From contig CANKAJ010000001.1 in the NCBI GenBank assembly GCA_947479645.1, positions 75,537-139,536 of the forward strand: 64,000 nt of DNA, given 5' to 3'. The position numbers and the translations under genes were made by a program. Under the pieces are notes generated by a model. The model was not told the origin of the DNA, ran no database searches, and saw only the letters and a list, made by a program, of their open reading frames with translations. The DNA comes from Betaproteobacteria bacterium. GTDB taxonomy: Bacteria; Pseudomonadota; Gammaproteobacteria; Burkholderiales; SG8-39. Positions 36,177 to 46,445 of the stretch are shown here, in pieces (the stretch's first letter is position 1; every line of letters begins with the position of its first letter).

Positions 36177-37097
36177 CTAAGTGTGCGGTCTTTCTGTGGG
36201 CTTTACCGCCAGCAGTGCATTCAACTCCACCTTGTCCAGCACCCGCCATTTTCCCCGCGGCAAACGCGGTGGCAAAACTACTGTGCCGTAGCGGGTACGG
36301 ATCAATCGACTGACAACCAAACCGATGGACTCAAACATCCGGCGAACCTCGCGATTCTTGCCCTCGCGAAGCGTCACCACATACCATCGATTCGCCCCCT
36401 CCCCGCCTTGATACTGAATGCTGTCAAAACTGGCCTGCCCGTCATTTAACATCACCCCTTTTGACAGTGCACTTAACTGTTCCTGCGTAGCCTCCCCGCG
36501 TACCCTCACCGCATACTCCCGTTCAAGACCGTAGCGGGGATGCATCAGTCGATTCGCCAATTCTCCTGAATCGGTCAACAGCAATATGCCACTGGTGTTG
36601 AAGTCCAGGCGGCCAATAGCGATCCATTGCCTGCCTGGCAATCGAGGCAGTCGATCAAACACCGTTGGCCGTCCTTCCGGATCTCGCGCAGTAACCATTT
36701 CGCCAGCCGGCTTGTGGTAGAGCAGCACTTGGGGCAATGCCGCCTCGGCACTGGCTCGCACTGGCTTTTCATCGACCAGAATGCGATCTGACACACTAAC
36801 CCGCTGTCCAATATCAGCCACTACTCCATTGACTTTTACACGACCGGCAATGATCAGCGCTTCCATATCTCGCCTCGAACCAATACCGGCTCTTGCGAGA
36901 ACCTTTTGTAGCTTCTCCGATGCATGGACGACCGAATCCACGGCCTTCGCCGATGGCGGGCCTTGAGGACGACCGCGCTCGTCAGACCGGCGCGGCTGTT
37001 GTGGTGATATTGCCGTCGAGCGACTCGTCTGCGGAAGCGGTTTCGGCCTCCGTAGTGGGGAGTTGCGCTGTTGGCGTCGGGGTGGATGCGAATTCAA
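36177..37097 (-). CDS. rluB: 23S rRNA pseudouridine(2605) synthase RluB (start uncertain)
   Basis: S4 domain ([21 protein letters not shown]), catalytic motif [15 protein letters not shown], and EYAVRVRG. The full ORF overlaps scpB by 116 nt. An in-frame GTG at 36941 would remove the overlap. Confidence 0.88.
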   Translation of the reverse strand: MNSHPPRRQQRNSPLRRPKPLPQTSRSTAISPQQPRRSDERGRPQGPPSAKAVDSVVHASEKLQKVLARAGIGSRRDMEALIIAGRVKVNGVVADIGQRVSVSDRILVDEKPVRASAEAALPQVLLYHKPAGEMVTARDPEGRPTVFDRLPRLPGRQWIAIGRLDFNTSGILLLTDSGELANRLMHPRYGLEREYAVRVRGEATQEQLSALSKGVMLNDGQASFDSIQYQGGEGANRWYVVTLREGKNREVRRMFESIGLVVSRLIRTRYGTVVLPPRLPRGKWRVLDKVELNALLAVKPTERPHT

Positions 37098-37620
37098 GGG
37101 TTTGGGCTATTTCTTCCAGTGGTGGCAGTTCCTGCAAGGTTCGCAAACCAAGGTCATCCAGGAAGGTTTTTGTCGTTGCGTAAAGGGCCGGACGACCCGG
37201 CACGTCGCGCTGGCCTACAACATCGATCCAGCCGCGCTCCTCAAGTTTCTTTATTACTTCTGTCGAAACAGTTACTCCGCGCACATCCTCTACATCTCCG
37301 CGAGTGACTGGTTGGCGATAAGCAATGATGGCAAGCGTTTCCATTACCGCTCTTGAATAGCGCGGCACTTTCTCAGGATTCAGCCTGTCAACAAATTGAT
37401 TGACGGATGGCTTGGTCTGAAAACGCCAGCCACTTGCCAGATTAACAAGTTCCACGGCGCGATCTTTCCAGTCGTCGCGCAATTCATCAAGCAGACGACG
37501 TATGGTGTCGGCTCCGATTTCATCCTCGAACATTCGACGCATCTGGCTAATAGATAATGGAGCGGTACTGGTCAACAAGGCCGCCTCAAGTACTACTTTG
37601 ACTTCACTCGGGCTTGGCAT
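36982..37620 (-). CDS. scpB: Segregation and condensation protein B (ScpB)
   Basis: [17 protein letters not shown]...[23 protein letters not shown]...[18 protein letters not shown] is the canonical ScpB sequence. Confidence 0.92.
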   Translation of the reverse strand: MPSPSEVKVVLEAALLTSTAPLSISQMRRMFEDEIGADTIRRLLDELRDDWKDRAVELVNLASGWRFQTKPSVNQFVDRLNPEKVPRYSRAVMETLAIIAYRQPVTRGDVEDVRGVTVSTEVIKKLEERGWIDVVGQRDVPGRPALYATTKTFLDDLGLRTLQELPPLEEIAQTLEFASTPTPTAQLPTTEAETASADESLDGNITTTAAPV

Positions 37621-38440
37621 GAATCAATTTCACATAGATAGGGGCGAAAGGCTCGGACTGGGTGATTTCAATCAAAGTCTCACGCACAAGTTCAAGAATG
37701 GCCAGGAAATTCACCACGAGCACAGGAACTCCCCGACTGTGATCAAACAACGTTATGAATTCGGCAAACTGCCCACCTGAGAGCTTACGCATAATGATGC
37801 CCATGTGTTCACGCACGGACAATTCATCGCGGGTGATATGGTGATGCTGTGTCATTTTCACACGCGCAAGCAAAGCGCGCCATGCGGCGGCAAGATCCTC
37901 TACGTTGACATTGGGCAACCGATCTCCGAAGGCCTCCTCTACCCAGACTTCAACCGCTTGGAAGTCACGACCCAATTGCGGCAAAGCATCCAGCTTCTGG
38001 GCCGCCAGTTTCATGCGCTCATATTCAAGCAATCGCCGCACCAGTTCGGCTCGTGGATCCTCTTCCTCCTCTATCACCCCTGGTCGCGGCAACAGCATGC
38101 GCGACTTAATCTCCATCAACATCGCTGCCATGACCAAATACTCTGCCGCCAGTTCCAGATTCTTATGCCGCATTTCTTCGACATACTCAATGTACTGCTG
38201 AGTCAGCTTGGCCATTGGAATGTCGAGGATATCGATATTGGCCTTGCGGATCAGATACAGCAGCAAATCCATCGGGCCTTCAAAGTTATCAAAGAACACC
38301 TCGAGCGCATCCGGCGGAATATACAAATCCCGAGGGAGTTCCGCGAGCAACTCGCCACGTACTTTGGCAAAATGAGGCAGCGATACCTCAGGATCAGCCA
38401 CCGGCGTCAGTATGTTGCCCTGCACTGGCTCATTATTCAT
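37604..38440 (-). CDS. scpA: Segregation and condensation protein A (ScpA)
   Basis: [35 protein letters not shown] is typical of the ScpA/kleisin family. Confidence 0.92.
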   Translation of the reverse strand: MNNEPVQGNILTPVADPEVSLPHFAKVRGELLAELPRDLYIPPDALEVFFDNFEGPMDLLLYLIRKANIDILDIPMAKLTQQYIEYVEEMRHKNLELAAEYLVMAAMLMEIKSRMLLPRPGVIEEEEDPRAELVRRLLEYERMKLAAQKLDALPQLGRDFQAVEVWVEEAFGDRLPNVNVEDLAAAWRALLARVKMTQHHHITRDELSVREHMGIIMRKLSGGQFAEFITLFDHSRGVPVLVVNFLAILELVRETLIEITQSEPFAPIYVKLIHAKPE

Positions 38441-39639
38441 GAGTAATTGAGTCCCATTGCATCCCGTACCTCACGCATTGTCTCCTGCGCCAATTTCTGG
38501 GCCTTTTCACAGCCATCAGCAACAATGTTCTTTACCAGCGTGACGTCATCCATGTACTTCTGAGCCCGATCGCGAATCGGGGCCAGTTCTGCGAGAACCG
38601 CGTCAATGACAGGTTGCTTGCATTCAAGGCACCCAATACCAGCCGAGCGGCAGCCCTGACCGACCCAGTCCTTGGTCTTCTGGTCCGAATACACCAGATG
38701 GAATTGCCATACCGGGCATTTTTCCGGATCTCCGGGATCACTGCGCTTCACCCTGGCAGGATCGGTCGGCATGGTGCGAATCTTCTTCTTGATGCTTTCC
38801 GGATCCTCGCGCAAAGCGATGGTATTGTTGTAGGACTTGGACATTTTTGACCCATCCAGTCCTGGCAGCCGTGACGATTCGGTCAGCAGTACATCCGGCT
38901 CCACCAATATCATGCGTCCACCACCCTCAAGGTAGCCAAACAGCCGCTCCTTGTCGCCTACCGAGAGATTTTGCTGCTCTTCCAGAAGCGCCCGAGCCGA
39001 TGCCAGTGCCTCGGCATCCCCCTGCTCCTGATATCGGGTTCGCAACTGGTCATATAGCTTTGCCTTCTTGCTGCCCATCTTCCTGGCCGCTGCGCGTGCC
39101 TTGTCCTCGAAGCCTGCCTCCTTACCGTAGACATGGTTGAAACGCCGGGCAATTTCACGCATGAATTCAATGTGGGGAACCTGATCTTCGCCAACGGGCA
39201 CATACTTCGCCCGGTAGATCAATACATCGGCACTTTGCAGCAACGGGTAACCAAGAAAACCATACGTGGACAAATCACGGTCGCTGAGTTTTTCCTGTTG
39301 GTCCTTATAGGTCGGGACCCGTTCCAGCCAGCCGAGTGGTGTAATCATCGACAAAAGAGTATGCAATTCCGCATGCTCTGGCACCCGCGACTGCAGGAAG
39401 AGCACAGCTTGGGCAGGGTCAATTCCCGCTGCCAGCCAGTCGATAACCATATCCCAGACATTTTGCTCAATGACTTCAGGCGTATCGTAATGCGTTGTCA
39501 ATGCGTGCCAATCTGCCACGAAAAATAGACAGGGGTATTCCGCCTGCAAGCGAACCCAATTCTTGATTGCACCATGCAGATGACCCAGGTGCAGCGCGCC
39601 CGTTGGGCGCATGCCGGAAACAATTCGTTCTTGATACAT
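38437..39639 (-). CDS. trpS: Tryptophan--tRNA ligase (long, type II form)
   Basis: Trimmed to ATG 39639, 8 nt after the upstream stop. HIGH-type motif GALHLGHLHG and KMSKS are both present. Confidence 0.93.
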   Translation of the reverse strand: MYQERIVSGMRPTGALHLGHLHGAIKNWVRLQAEYPCLFFVADWHALTTHYDTPEVIEQNVWDMVIDWLAAGIDPAQAVLFLQSRVPEHAELHTLLSMITPLGWLERVPTYKDQQEKLSDRDLSTYGFLGYPLLQSADVLIYRAKYVPVGEDQVPHIEFMREIARRFNHVYGKEAGFEDKARAAARKMGSKKAKLYDQLRTRYQEQGDAEALASARALLEEQQNLSVGDKERLFGYLEGGGRMILVEPDVLLTESSRLPGLDGSKMSKSYNNTIALREDPESIKKKIRTMPTDPARVKRSDPGDPEKCPVWQFHLVYSDQKTKDWVGQGCRSAGIGCLECKQPVIDAVLAELAPIRDRAQKYMDDVTLVKNIVADGCEKAQKLAQETMREVRDAMGLNYS

Positions 39640-39647
39640 GCGATTAG

Positions 39648-40313
39648 CTAGACTTGAATCTGAAAAATGATTGCGAAAAGGCGTAGCGACAGGATCAGCA
39701 GCGGCGTCACTATCCAACCAATAATGTTTATCCCAAACTGACCCAGTACCAGCAGCCCAATCAGTATTGGAAAACCAAACCGCTCCAGCTTTGCGTACTC
39801 AAAGGCAAGTCTGTTCGGGAGCATCGAAAACACCACACGGCCCCCATCCAGAGGGAGGATGGGCAGCAGATTGAAAAGCATGAAAATAATATTCGTGAGT
39901 ACGCCTGCCTGAGCCATCTCGAGCAAAAACACGTTGTCCGTCCCGGCGCCCAGAGTCAAGACCTTAAGGCATGTCGCCCAGATTAGCGCCATTGCCAGAT
40001 TTGCCGCCGGTCCCGCCGCTGCCACCCAGCGCATGTCACGCTTGGGATTTCGTAAAGAGCCAAAATTCACTGGAACCGGTTTCGCCCACCCGAATACAAA
40101 ATTACCCTTGGTCGCCAGCAAAATAACCAGCGGGACTACGATCGTACCGATCGGATCAATATGACGCATCGGGTTCAGGCTCACACGTCCCAGGCTCCAG
40201 GCCGTCTGATCACCGAAGTGTCTTGCGACATAGCCATGCGCCGCCTCGTGCAAAGTGATCGCGAAGATCACTGGCAGAGCGTAAATGGCGATGTTCTGAA
40301 TAAGGGATTCCAT
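39648..40313 (-). CDS. Site-2 protease family (peptidase M50) membrane metalloprotease
   Basis: HEAAHG zinc motif in the first TM region; 221-aa polytopic protein. Confidence 0.85.
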   Translation of the reverse strand: MESLIQNIAIYALPVIFAITLHEAAHGYVARHFGDQTAWSLGRVSLNPMRHIDPIGTIVVPLVILLATKGNFVFGWAKPVPVNFGSLRNPKRDMRWVAAAGPAANLAMALIWATCLKVLTLGAGTDNVFLLEMAQAGVLTNIIFMLFNLLPILPLDGGRVVFSMLPNRLAFEYAKLERFGFPILIGLLVLGQFGINIIGWIVTPLLILSLRLFAIIFQIQV

Positions 40314-40399
40314 GAATCCTCTGATGCCTTGGATAATTATGGGAGGACGACAATTGCGAAGCAGCGCATTTTAACAGGCCCCACCACTTAGGTTCGACT

Positions 40400-41029
40400 T
40401 CAGTACTGCAACTCTGGAATATCGAATGCGCCCTTGCCTTCTCTCACCAATTCAGGATGTTGACCCGTGAGGTCAATCACGGTAGTCGGCACAACGCCGC
40501 AGGAACCACTATCCAGAACCAGATCGAGTTCGTGCTGGGCACGCGATCGCAACTCGTCACCGCCATTCACGGGCTGCTCGTCATCCGGCAGAATTGCCGT
40601 CATCGACAGAAGCGGCTCACCCAGCTCATACAGCAGCGCCTTTACCACCGGATGGTCCGGCACGCGTATGCCAATGGTCTTGCGACGCGAATGAAGGATA
40701 CGCCGTGGCAACTCCCGTGTCGCCTCCAGAATGAAGGTATAACTGCCCGGCGTCAGCCGCTTCAGCAGTCGATATTGCGAGTTATCTACCCGTGCGAACA
40801 ATGCAATCTCGGACAAATCGCGGCACATCAACGTCAGGTGATGGCGGTCGTCAATCTGGCGAATGCGGCGCATGCGCTCCATGGCATCCTTGTCTCCGAT
40901 ATGACAGCCGATGGCGTAACAGGAATCCGTTGGATATCCGATTACGCCCCCATCGCGCACTATGCGAGCCGCCTGTGCAATCAGGCGCTGCTGCGGGTGT
41001 GTCGCGTGCACCTCGAAATATTGCGCCAC
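40400..41029 (-). CDS. yciO: YciO-type Sua5/YrdC/YwlC family protein (threonylcarbamoyl-AMP synthase-like)
   Basis: From memory it aligns along its whole length with E. coli YciO (HPQQRLI...GGVIGYPTDSCYAIGC...HLTLMCRDLSE...TFIL...RKTIGIRVP). It sits next to a yciV/trpH homologue, as in E. coli. Confidence 0.8.
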   Translation of the reverse strand: MAQYFEVHATHPQQRLIAQAARIVRDGGVIGYPTDSCYAIGCHIGDKDAMERMRRIRQIDDRHHLTLMCRDLSEIALFARVDNSQYRLLKRLTPGSYTFILEATRELPRRILHSRRKTIGIRVPDHPVVKALLYELGEPLLSMTAILPDDEQPVNGGDELRSRAQHELDLVLDSGSCGVVPTTVIDLTGQHPELVREGKGAFDIPELQY

Positions 41030-41037
41030 GTCAGCCC

Positions 41038-41865
41038 CTACCAGTCCTGCCAGACCGGCGTGAGGTCTGGCGGCAATTCGGGTAGAGCGCCGAATTCCAT
41101 CCGGCTCTCTTTCGGACCATGATAGTCAGCCCCTCGTGATGCATGCAGCCCGTATTCCCTGGCCAATTTGGCGTACTCCTGATATTGCTCGGGGCTGTGT
41201 GCTCCGGACAATACTTCAAGCCCCTGTCCGCCAAGATCGCGAAAAGTGCCAAGAAGTTCGCGCATAACTGGCAGTGACATGCGATAACTTCCCGGATGCG
41301 CGATCACCGCCATCCCGCCGCTGGCAAGAATCCAGCCAATCGCTTCGGCCAGACTCGCCCATTGATGCGGCACAAAACCGGGTTTGCCTTTCACCAGGTA
41401 ATGCTCGAACACACTCCTTACTTCCCGCGCGTATCCCTGCTCTACCAGAAACCGCGCAAAATGCGCACGACTGATTAGCGCCGGATTGCCCGCATAGCGC
41501 AGCGCGCCCTCCAGCGCATCGGGAATACCGGCTGCCGCCAGTGACGCAGCCATTTTGATAGCGCGACTGTCACGCGATGTTCGAGTCCGCTCCAGACCTT
41601 CAGACAATTCCAGATTCAGCGGATTGATGCGCAGTCCGACGATGTGAATGCTGCCCTCCCCCCAACTGACCGATATTTCCACGCCGTCAATAAAACGCAT
41701 CCTCACCCCTTCGGCCGCACAACGAGCTTCGGTCAGGCCCGCCAGTTCATCGTGATCGGTGAGGGCGAGCATCTGTACACCGCATTCATAAGCCCGTGCA
41801 ACCAACTGCGTTGGCGTGAGAAGACCGTCAGAGAAAGTGGAATGGCAGTGCAAATCGGCGTTCAT
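41038..41865 (-). CDS. yciV: PHP-domain phosphoesterase (YciV/TrpH, RNase AM-like)
   Basis: MNADLHCHSTFSDG...LALTDHD...HPG are PHP motifs. The ORF-track start (41886) is a GTG; ATG 41865 is preferred. Confidence 0.82.
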   Translation of the reverse strand: MNADLHCHSTFSDGLLTPTQLVARAYECGVQMLALTDHDELAGLTEARCAAEGVRMRFIDGVEISVSWGEGSIHIVGLRINPLNLELSEGLERTRTSRDSRAIKMAASLAAAGIPDALEGALRYAGNPALISRAHFARFLVEQGYAREVRSVFEHYLVKGKPGFVPHQWASLAEAIGWILASGGMAVIAHPGSYRMSLPVMRELLGTFRDLGGQGLEVLSGAHSPEQYQEYAKLAREYGLHASRGADYHGPKESRMEFGALPELPPDLTPVWQDW

Positions 41866-41943
41866 CGATTGATGGTAACACTGCACCGGGTCACCATCTT
41901 GTCGCCAGTGCTATCCTTGCCTTTTTAATGACTGGATCAATCC

Positions 41944-42474
41944 ATGCCTATCTTCAGTCTGGGCGAAAGACGCCTGATGTGCGTGTCTGACGATTACTTC
42001 ATCGCTCCAACCGCCACGGTCATCGGCGCGGTCAAACTGGGGCATCAAGCCAGCATATGGTTCAATTGCGTTCTGCGCGGAGATGGTGAACTCATCTCGA
42101 TTGGCGATCGCTGCAATGTGCAGGACTCGTCCGTGCTCCATGTCGACCCGGGTCAGCCATTGACCATTGGAAACGATGTCAGCATTGGCCATAAAGTCAT
42201 GTTGCACGGTTGCACCATTGGCGAAGGCAGCCTGGTTGGAATGAACGCAGTAATACTCAACGATGCCCATATCGGCAAGAACACGCTGGTGGGAGCCCAC
42301 AGTCTCGTGCCTGAGGGAAAGCGTTTTCCGGACGGCGTGCTTCTGATGGGCACCCCAGCCAAGGTGGTGCGTGAACTGACGCCCGATGACCAGGTAAGAT
42401 TGAAACGCACTGCAAACAATTATGTACAACGCTCGGCACAGTATCGCGTTGAACTCAAACTGGAAAAGGCTTGA
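41944..42474 (+). CDS. Gamma-class carbonic anhydrase-like / left-handed beta-helix protein (YrdA/PaaY family)
   Basis: Hexapeptide repeats with the conserved pattern IAPTATVIGAVKLGHQASIWFNCVLRGD...IGDRCNVQD...LH. The 172-aa antisense ORF is composition-driven. Confidence 0.85.
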   Translation: MPIFSLGERRLMCVSDDYFIAPTATVIGAVKLGHQASIWFNCVLRGDGELISIGDRCNVQDSSVLHVDPGQPLTIGNDVSIGHKVMLHGCTIGEGSLVGMNAVILNDAHIGKNTLVGAHSLVPEGKRFPDGVLLMGTPAKVVRELTPDDQVRLKRTANNYVQRSAQYRVELKLEKA

Positions 42475-42546
42475 GGCGACACCTGAAAAGTATTTTTATT
42501 GTTATCCATTTAGAAATAACCTCTCTAATTCTATGTAAACACTATA

Positions 42547-42570
42547 CAGATTGATATCACTATCAATCTG
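42547..42570. promoter_or_regulatory. Perfect inverted repeat CAGATTGATA-tcac-TATCAATCTG (candidate operator or translational hairpin)
   Basis: 10-bp arms verified base by base. The repeat ends 1 nt before the GGAGAA Shine-Dalgarno and 11 nt before ATG 42582. It is embedded in a ~100-bp AT-rich spacer. Confidence 0.5.
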
Positions 42571-42581
42571 CGGAGAACATT

Positions 42582-43265
42582 ATGATGACCCCACCTGAAT
42601 CAACTGAGGAATCTGATGCCGAATCCGCCTGGCGGGAGCGGGTCGCGAAACATCGCATTGATGCCATCGCCTCGCACTGCCAGGTCCCGCCGATCAAGCC
42701 GCAAGTCAATCGATTTGCATTTCTTCGACATGGTGAAACCCAGGGCAATCACTTGCGCATTTTTCAGCACGCCGAGATCGAACTGAATCAGACAGGCATC
42801 GAACAGGCGGTACAGGCGGCGACACTGTTGGCTGCATCCGGACTTGCACGTGTCATCGCCAGCGACATGACTCGCGCCTGGCAAACTGCCAATATTCTCT
42901 CCAATCGACTTGGCGTAGCGCCCGTTGCCGAACCACGATTACGTGAGCGCTGGTTCGGTGATCTAGTGGGAACGTCATCCGCCGATCTCGACTGGAGCTT
43001 TGATCCGCCCAATGGCGATAGTCTCGCAGACTTTGTGTCGCGAACGCGAAGCGGCCTTGAGGCCGCGCTGGACACCGATCAACCCACACTGTTAATCGCA
43101 CATGGAGGTACTTTGTATGTGCTGGCCTACAGTTTAGGCGTCACGCTGGGAGAAGAGATGGTCAAAAATGCCACACCACTATTCTTCGAACGCAGGGAAG
43201 ATGCATGGACAGTCAAGCCTGTCGCTGATACTGCACTGGCGCGTGGCGGCAACATCGGCTGGTGA
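42582..43265 (+). CDS. Histidine phosphatase superfamily (branch 1, PGAM/SixA-like) protein
   Basis: RHGET catalytic motif (FLRHGETQGN), a downstream LIAHGG histidine, and a ~45-aa acidic N-terminal extension. Confidence 0.8.
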   Translation: MMTPPESTEESDAESAWRERVAKHRIDAIASHCQVPPIKPQVNRFAFLRHGETQGNHLRIFQHAEIELNQTGIEQAVQAATLLAASGLARVIASDMTRAWQTANILSNRLGVAPVAEPRLRERWFGDLVGTSSADLDWSFDPPNGDSLADFVSRTRSGLEAALDTDQPTLLIAHGGTLYVLAYSLGVTLGEEMVKNATPLFFERREDAWTVKPVADTALARGGNIGW

Positions 43266-43304
43266 TATCCACCGATGTTTCTGATTACCGATTCCTTCCG
43301 GCGC

Positions 43305-44498
43305 TTACTTCTTCGGCGGCTTCTTGTCCTGCAGCATTTCAGCGCGTGAACGAAGCAAGGGCTCGATTGGCCGTGCCGGCATCAGGTAAGTCCACTTTTC
43401 ATAGCGTTTTTCCCTTGCAACCTGCTCCAGCAACTTGACACGATACTCGGCGTATTCCTTGGCCTTACGTTCCTTGTCCTCAGCGCTTTCCCCCTTGCCC
43501 GGCACGCGTTCCTTCGGAGGCTCACCGGCGATCGTGAAGCTGACGTAATAAAGATTTTCGCCCGTTTTTCCCCCGATTTTCTTGCCCTCGACGCGTCCGC
43601 CAATCTTCAAGGTATAAGTGAGATTGTCAAAGGTCTCCGCTTTTGCGATCACTGGCTTATTCAGGCCGGTTTGAGCCCCATCCGGATTTGCAACGACATC
43701 CACTAGATTGACAGCGTAAAGCGGACTAACCGAATCCTGTGCCTTCTGCTGATCCGGCCGCTCACCGGTAGCTCCAAAATTCCACCAGCCACCTTCTTCT
43801 ATTCGCGAGACGTTGTAGCGCAACACGCCATCGGGCCCTGTAACTGTAATGGAACGGGTCCGATCAATATGAAGAATCTCCTTGATCAACCAGGCATCGG
43901 GACTGGCGTCGGCCTGTTCCAGCGCCTCGGAGGCCACAACCATGATCTTGTCATCGCCGCCAGGCAAAAGGTGCCTGCCGACTGGCTTTTCGATTTCCTT
44001 CGGAGGCTGTCCCGGTTCGGGAGACTCTGAAACACGCTTGGTGATCACTTTTCCAAGAAGCATGCTGGCGAGTGACTTGCCGGTTTTATCTTTGAACTCA
44101 AGCAACGTACCAGCGCCCTCAACAGACGGCTTCCCCTTCTCGCCTGGCTGAGCCAGTTTGAAGCCGGCGCGCTGCGCGTTTGGAAGCGGGTCGGCCTGCA
44201 GGATCCGCACATCCACGGCCTTGTTCAGCATTGCGCTAAGTCGCGTCATGTCGACCGGAAAATCACCGCGCTCCTTGACCTGCCATTCGTCGCCGACCTT
44301 GACCAGCTGGGTTTCATTTTGCCCATCACGCATGACCACTTGGGCCACGTCAATCAGCTTCAGGCCAGGCAACAACTTTTGTCCCACGCGGATGTCGCTG
44401 CGCTGCCAGGCACTGCGATCGGACCACAGGATAAAGCCCCCGACAGCCCCCAATATCAGAACGGTTATTAGCAATATCAGAAAATGCTTGCGGCTCAT
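43305..44498 (-). CDS. DUF4340-like membrane-anchored protein, last gene of the Gld-like ABC operon
   Basis: N-terminal TM helix (FLILLITVLILGAVGGFILW) followed by a soluble region typical of the DUF4340 proteins that follow GldG. There is a 4-nt overlap with the upstream gene. Confidence 0.65.
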   Translation of the reverse strand: MSRKHFLILLITVLILGAVGGFILWSDRSAWQRSDIRVGQKLLPGLKLIDVAQVVMRDGQNETQLVKVGDEWQVKERGDFPVDMTRLSAMLNKAVDVRILQADPLPNAQRAGFKLAQPGEKGKPSVEGAGTLLEFKDKTGKSLASMLLGKVITKRVSESPEPGQPPKEIEKPVGRHLLPGGDDKIMVVASEALEQADASPDAWLIKEILHIDRTRSITVTGPDGVLRYNVSRIEEGGWWNFGATGERPDQQKAQDSVSPLYAVNLVDVVANPDGAQTGLNKPVIAKAETFDNLTYTLKIGGRVEGKKIGGKTGENLYYVSFTIAGEPPKERVPGKGESAEDKERKAKEYAEYRVKLLEQVAREKRYEKWTYLMPARPIEPLLRSRAEMLQDKKPPKK

Positions 44499-46435
44499 AG
44501 CATCACCACCTTCCGGCGGCGCTGAATTGCCAGCACCACGCCTGCCAATATCACCAGCACCGGCACCAGGCCAATATTGATCACCTTGGTCCAGAACTGC
44601 ATCGATTCACTATCGGCGCGCAAATCCTTGCGTACTTCCTTCAACTCTCGCCGCGTCTGTGCCGCGGTTTGCCGGAATTTGTCGATCTCGGCCTGTTGCT
44701 CTGGCGTCAATATGGTTGTGGGCTGCTGCTGGCCGGGCATGCCTTTCTGCTGAAGGCCCTGCAACTTTAGGGTGCTTTGTTGCAGCAGATCCTCCAATTG
44801 CTTGATTTTCCCGGTGTAAGCCTGCTGAGCCTGAGCCTCCATATCTCGAATCACGGTAAAGGGGCGCAATGCGACTGCACGGCTGCGCACTGAAATCAGG
44901 TCCGGATCCCCGGCGAACTGCTCCACCAATGCCTGCACAAAAGCCAGATTACCGTTGGACGGAACAACGATACGCTGTCCAAAAACCTCCTGAATCTGGA
45001 CCGCAGCACCATCGTTAATGAAGTCGGCATCCGATATCAGAACAACGGCATTTTCGCCGCTGGCCTTCAGATGACCGGCGGGGGGTTCCACCGGTTTGGC
45101 ATCGGCAGCCGGTTTGAGTGCGGGTTTTGGGGCCGATTTGCCGGCTTCGTCCTTGGCATCCTTCGGTGGGTCCGCTGGCGGACCTTCAGGAAATGCCGAC
45201 TTGAACTTTCCCGTCAGGCGCAATCCCAGTGAATATTCCGTTTCAGACGGCTTGAAACCGCTAAGGGCAGCATCGCCCGCCTTGGTGGCATCAGATCCAT
45301 CCACCAGTTGCGACAATTTGGAGCTCTTGAGCAGCACCGACTGGGTCAGACCCTCCGCAGGCTTTCCGGTAAATACACCGGCAAACGGCAGCAGCAGGTT
45401 ACCCAGACGCTTGGTCGCTATGTCATTGTTGTTGAAACCATCACCAAGGAGGGTCAGCACTGTCGGCATGGCGCGAGGCCCCGCTCCGGATGCATATTTC
45501 GTATCAGACAGCACTCGCGTCGCGTCAAACGACATACCCCAGGTTTTGATAAGTTTGTCCAGTGTAGAAGAGGTACCGGGGGCTCCATTGGCTGCCTGCG
45601 GCGCGTATTGCGCATCGAAGTAACTCAAGGGATCCAGCATTGCTATCAGCTTGCCGCCACGCATGACGTACTGGTCTATCGCATATTGCGCCTTGGGCGG
45701 GATGTCGCGAGGATGTATCACCAGCAGCACCTTGACATCCTCGGCGATACGATCGGAGTTCATTTCAACACGACGAACCGTGAAGTCCCGCTCCAGTTCC
45801 GAAATCAAAACCTGCTTTTCGGACGGCGGAATTCCCCGCTGCGGCGAGCCGCGGGAACCAAACAGCGGAATGGCACTCATCACCCCGATGACGGCCTTGT
45901 TTGGCGTAGCAGCACGAGCAATCGCACGGGCCAGATCGTACTCGAGCAACTCCTCTCTATCCAGAGACAACGCCGGCAATGCCAGTTTCTGCCCTGCGTA
46001 GTTCACCGACAGTCCGAGATAGAACTTGTCGCCACTGGGCATGACCTGGGCCTCAACACCATCGAGTTGGGCGAGGTCTTCCGCATCGGAATCGGGCTGC
46101 GGCGCAAGTTTCTCGACGCTGATCTTGCCATTGCTCTGCTGCCGGAATTCGGTCAGCAGGTCCTCCACGCGCCGCCCGAAGGCCTTGATTGGCAGCGGCA
46201 TATTGCCGTCACCTTGTGAGAAATAGAACCGGATACTGACAGGGCTTTCCAACTTACCCAGAACCGCCTTGGTACCTTGGGTGAGCGTATACAGACCACC
46301 ATCGGTCAGGTCGACACGCTGCTTGAACGCCCCGAGTACAAAGTTGGCCAGAATCAGTACCACCAGCAATGCAACAATACCGCCAGTGGAATACAGGATG
46401 GTTTCGAGACGCGCTCTTTGATCGTGTTTCATCAT
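44495..46435 (-). CDS. GldG-family ABC-transport auxiliary protein
   Basis: 646 aa: N-terminal TM helix, large periplasmic region (VDLTDGGLYTLTQGTK...VSIRFYFS), a coiled Q-rich segment and a C-terminal TM helix. This matches the architecture of GldG/ABC_transp_aux. Confidence 0.75.
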   Translation of the reverse strand: MMKHDQRARLETILYSTGGIVALLVVLILANFVLGAFKQRVDLTDGGLYTLTQGTKAVLGKLESPVSIRFYFSQGDGNMPLPIKAFGRRVEDLLTEFRQQSNGKISVEKLAPQPDSDAEDLAQLDGVEAQVMPSGDKFYLGLSVNYAGQKLALPALSLDREELLEYDLARAIARAATPNKAVIGVMSAIPLFGSRGSPQRGIPPSEKQVLISELERDFTVRRVEMNSDRIAEDVKVLLVIHPRDIPPKAQYAIDQYVMRGGKLIAMLDPLSYFDAQYAPQAANGAPGTSSTLDKLIKTWGMSFDATRVLSDTKYASGAGPRAMPTVLTLLGDGFNNNDIATKRLGNLLLPFAGVFTGKPAEGLTQSVLLKSSKLSQLVDGSDATKAGDAALSGFKPSETEYSLGLRLTGKFKSAFPEGPPADPPKDAKDEAGKSAPKPALKPAADAKPVEPPAGHLKASGENAVVLISDADFINDGAAVQIQEVFGQRIVVPSNGNLAFVQALVEQFAGDPDLISVRSRAVALRPFTVIRDMEAQAQQAYTGKIKQLEDLLQQSTLKLQGLQQKGMPGQQQPTTILTPEQQAEIDKFRQTAAQTRRELKEVRKDLRADSESMQFWTKVINIGLVPVLVILAGVVLAIQRRRKVVML

Positions 46436-46445
46436 GTTCTCTCTC

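Noticed and set aside
41911-42429. 172-aa minus-strand ORF covering the gamma-carbonic-anhydrase-like gene.
   Set aside because: The plus-strand frame shows textbook left-handed beta-helix hexapeptide repeats and the conserved YrdA/PaaY pattern. The antisense frame has none.
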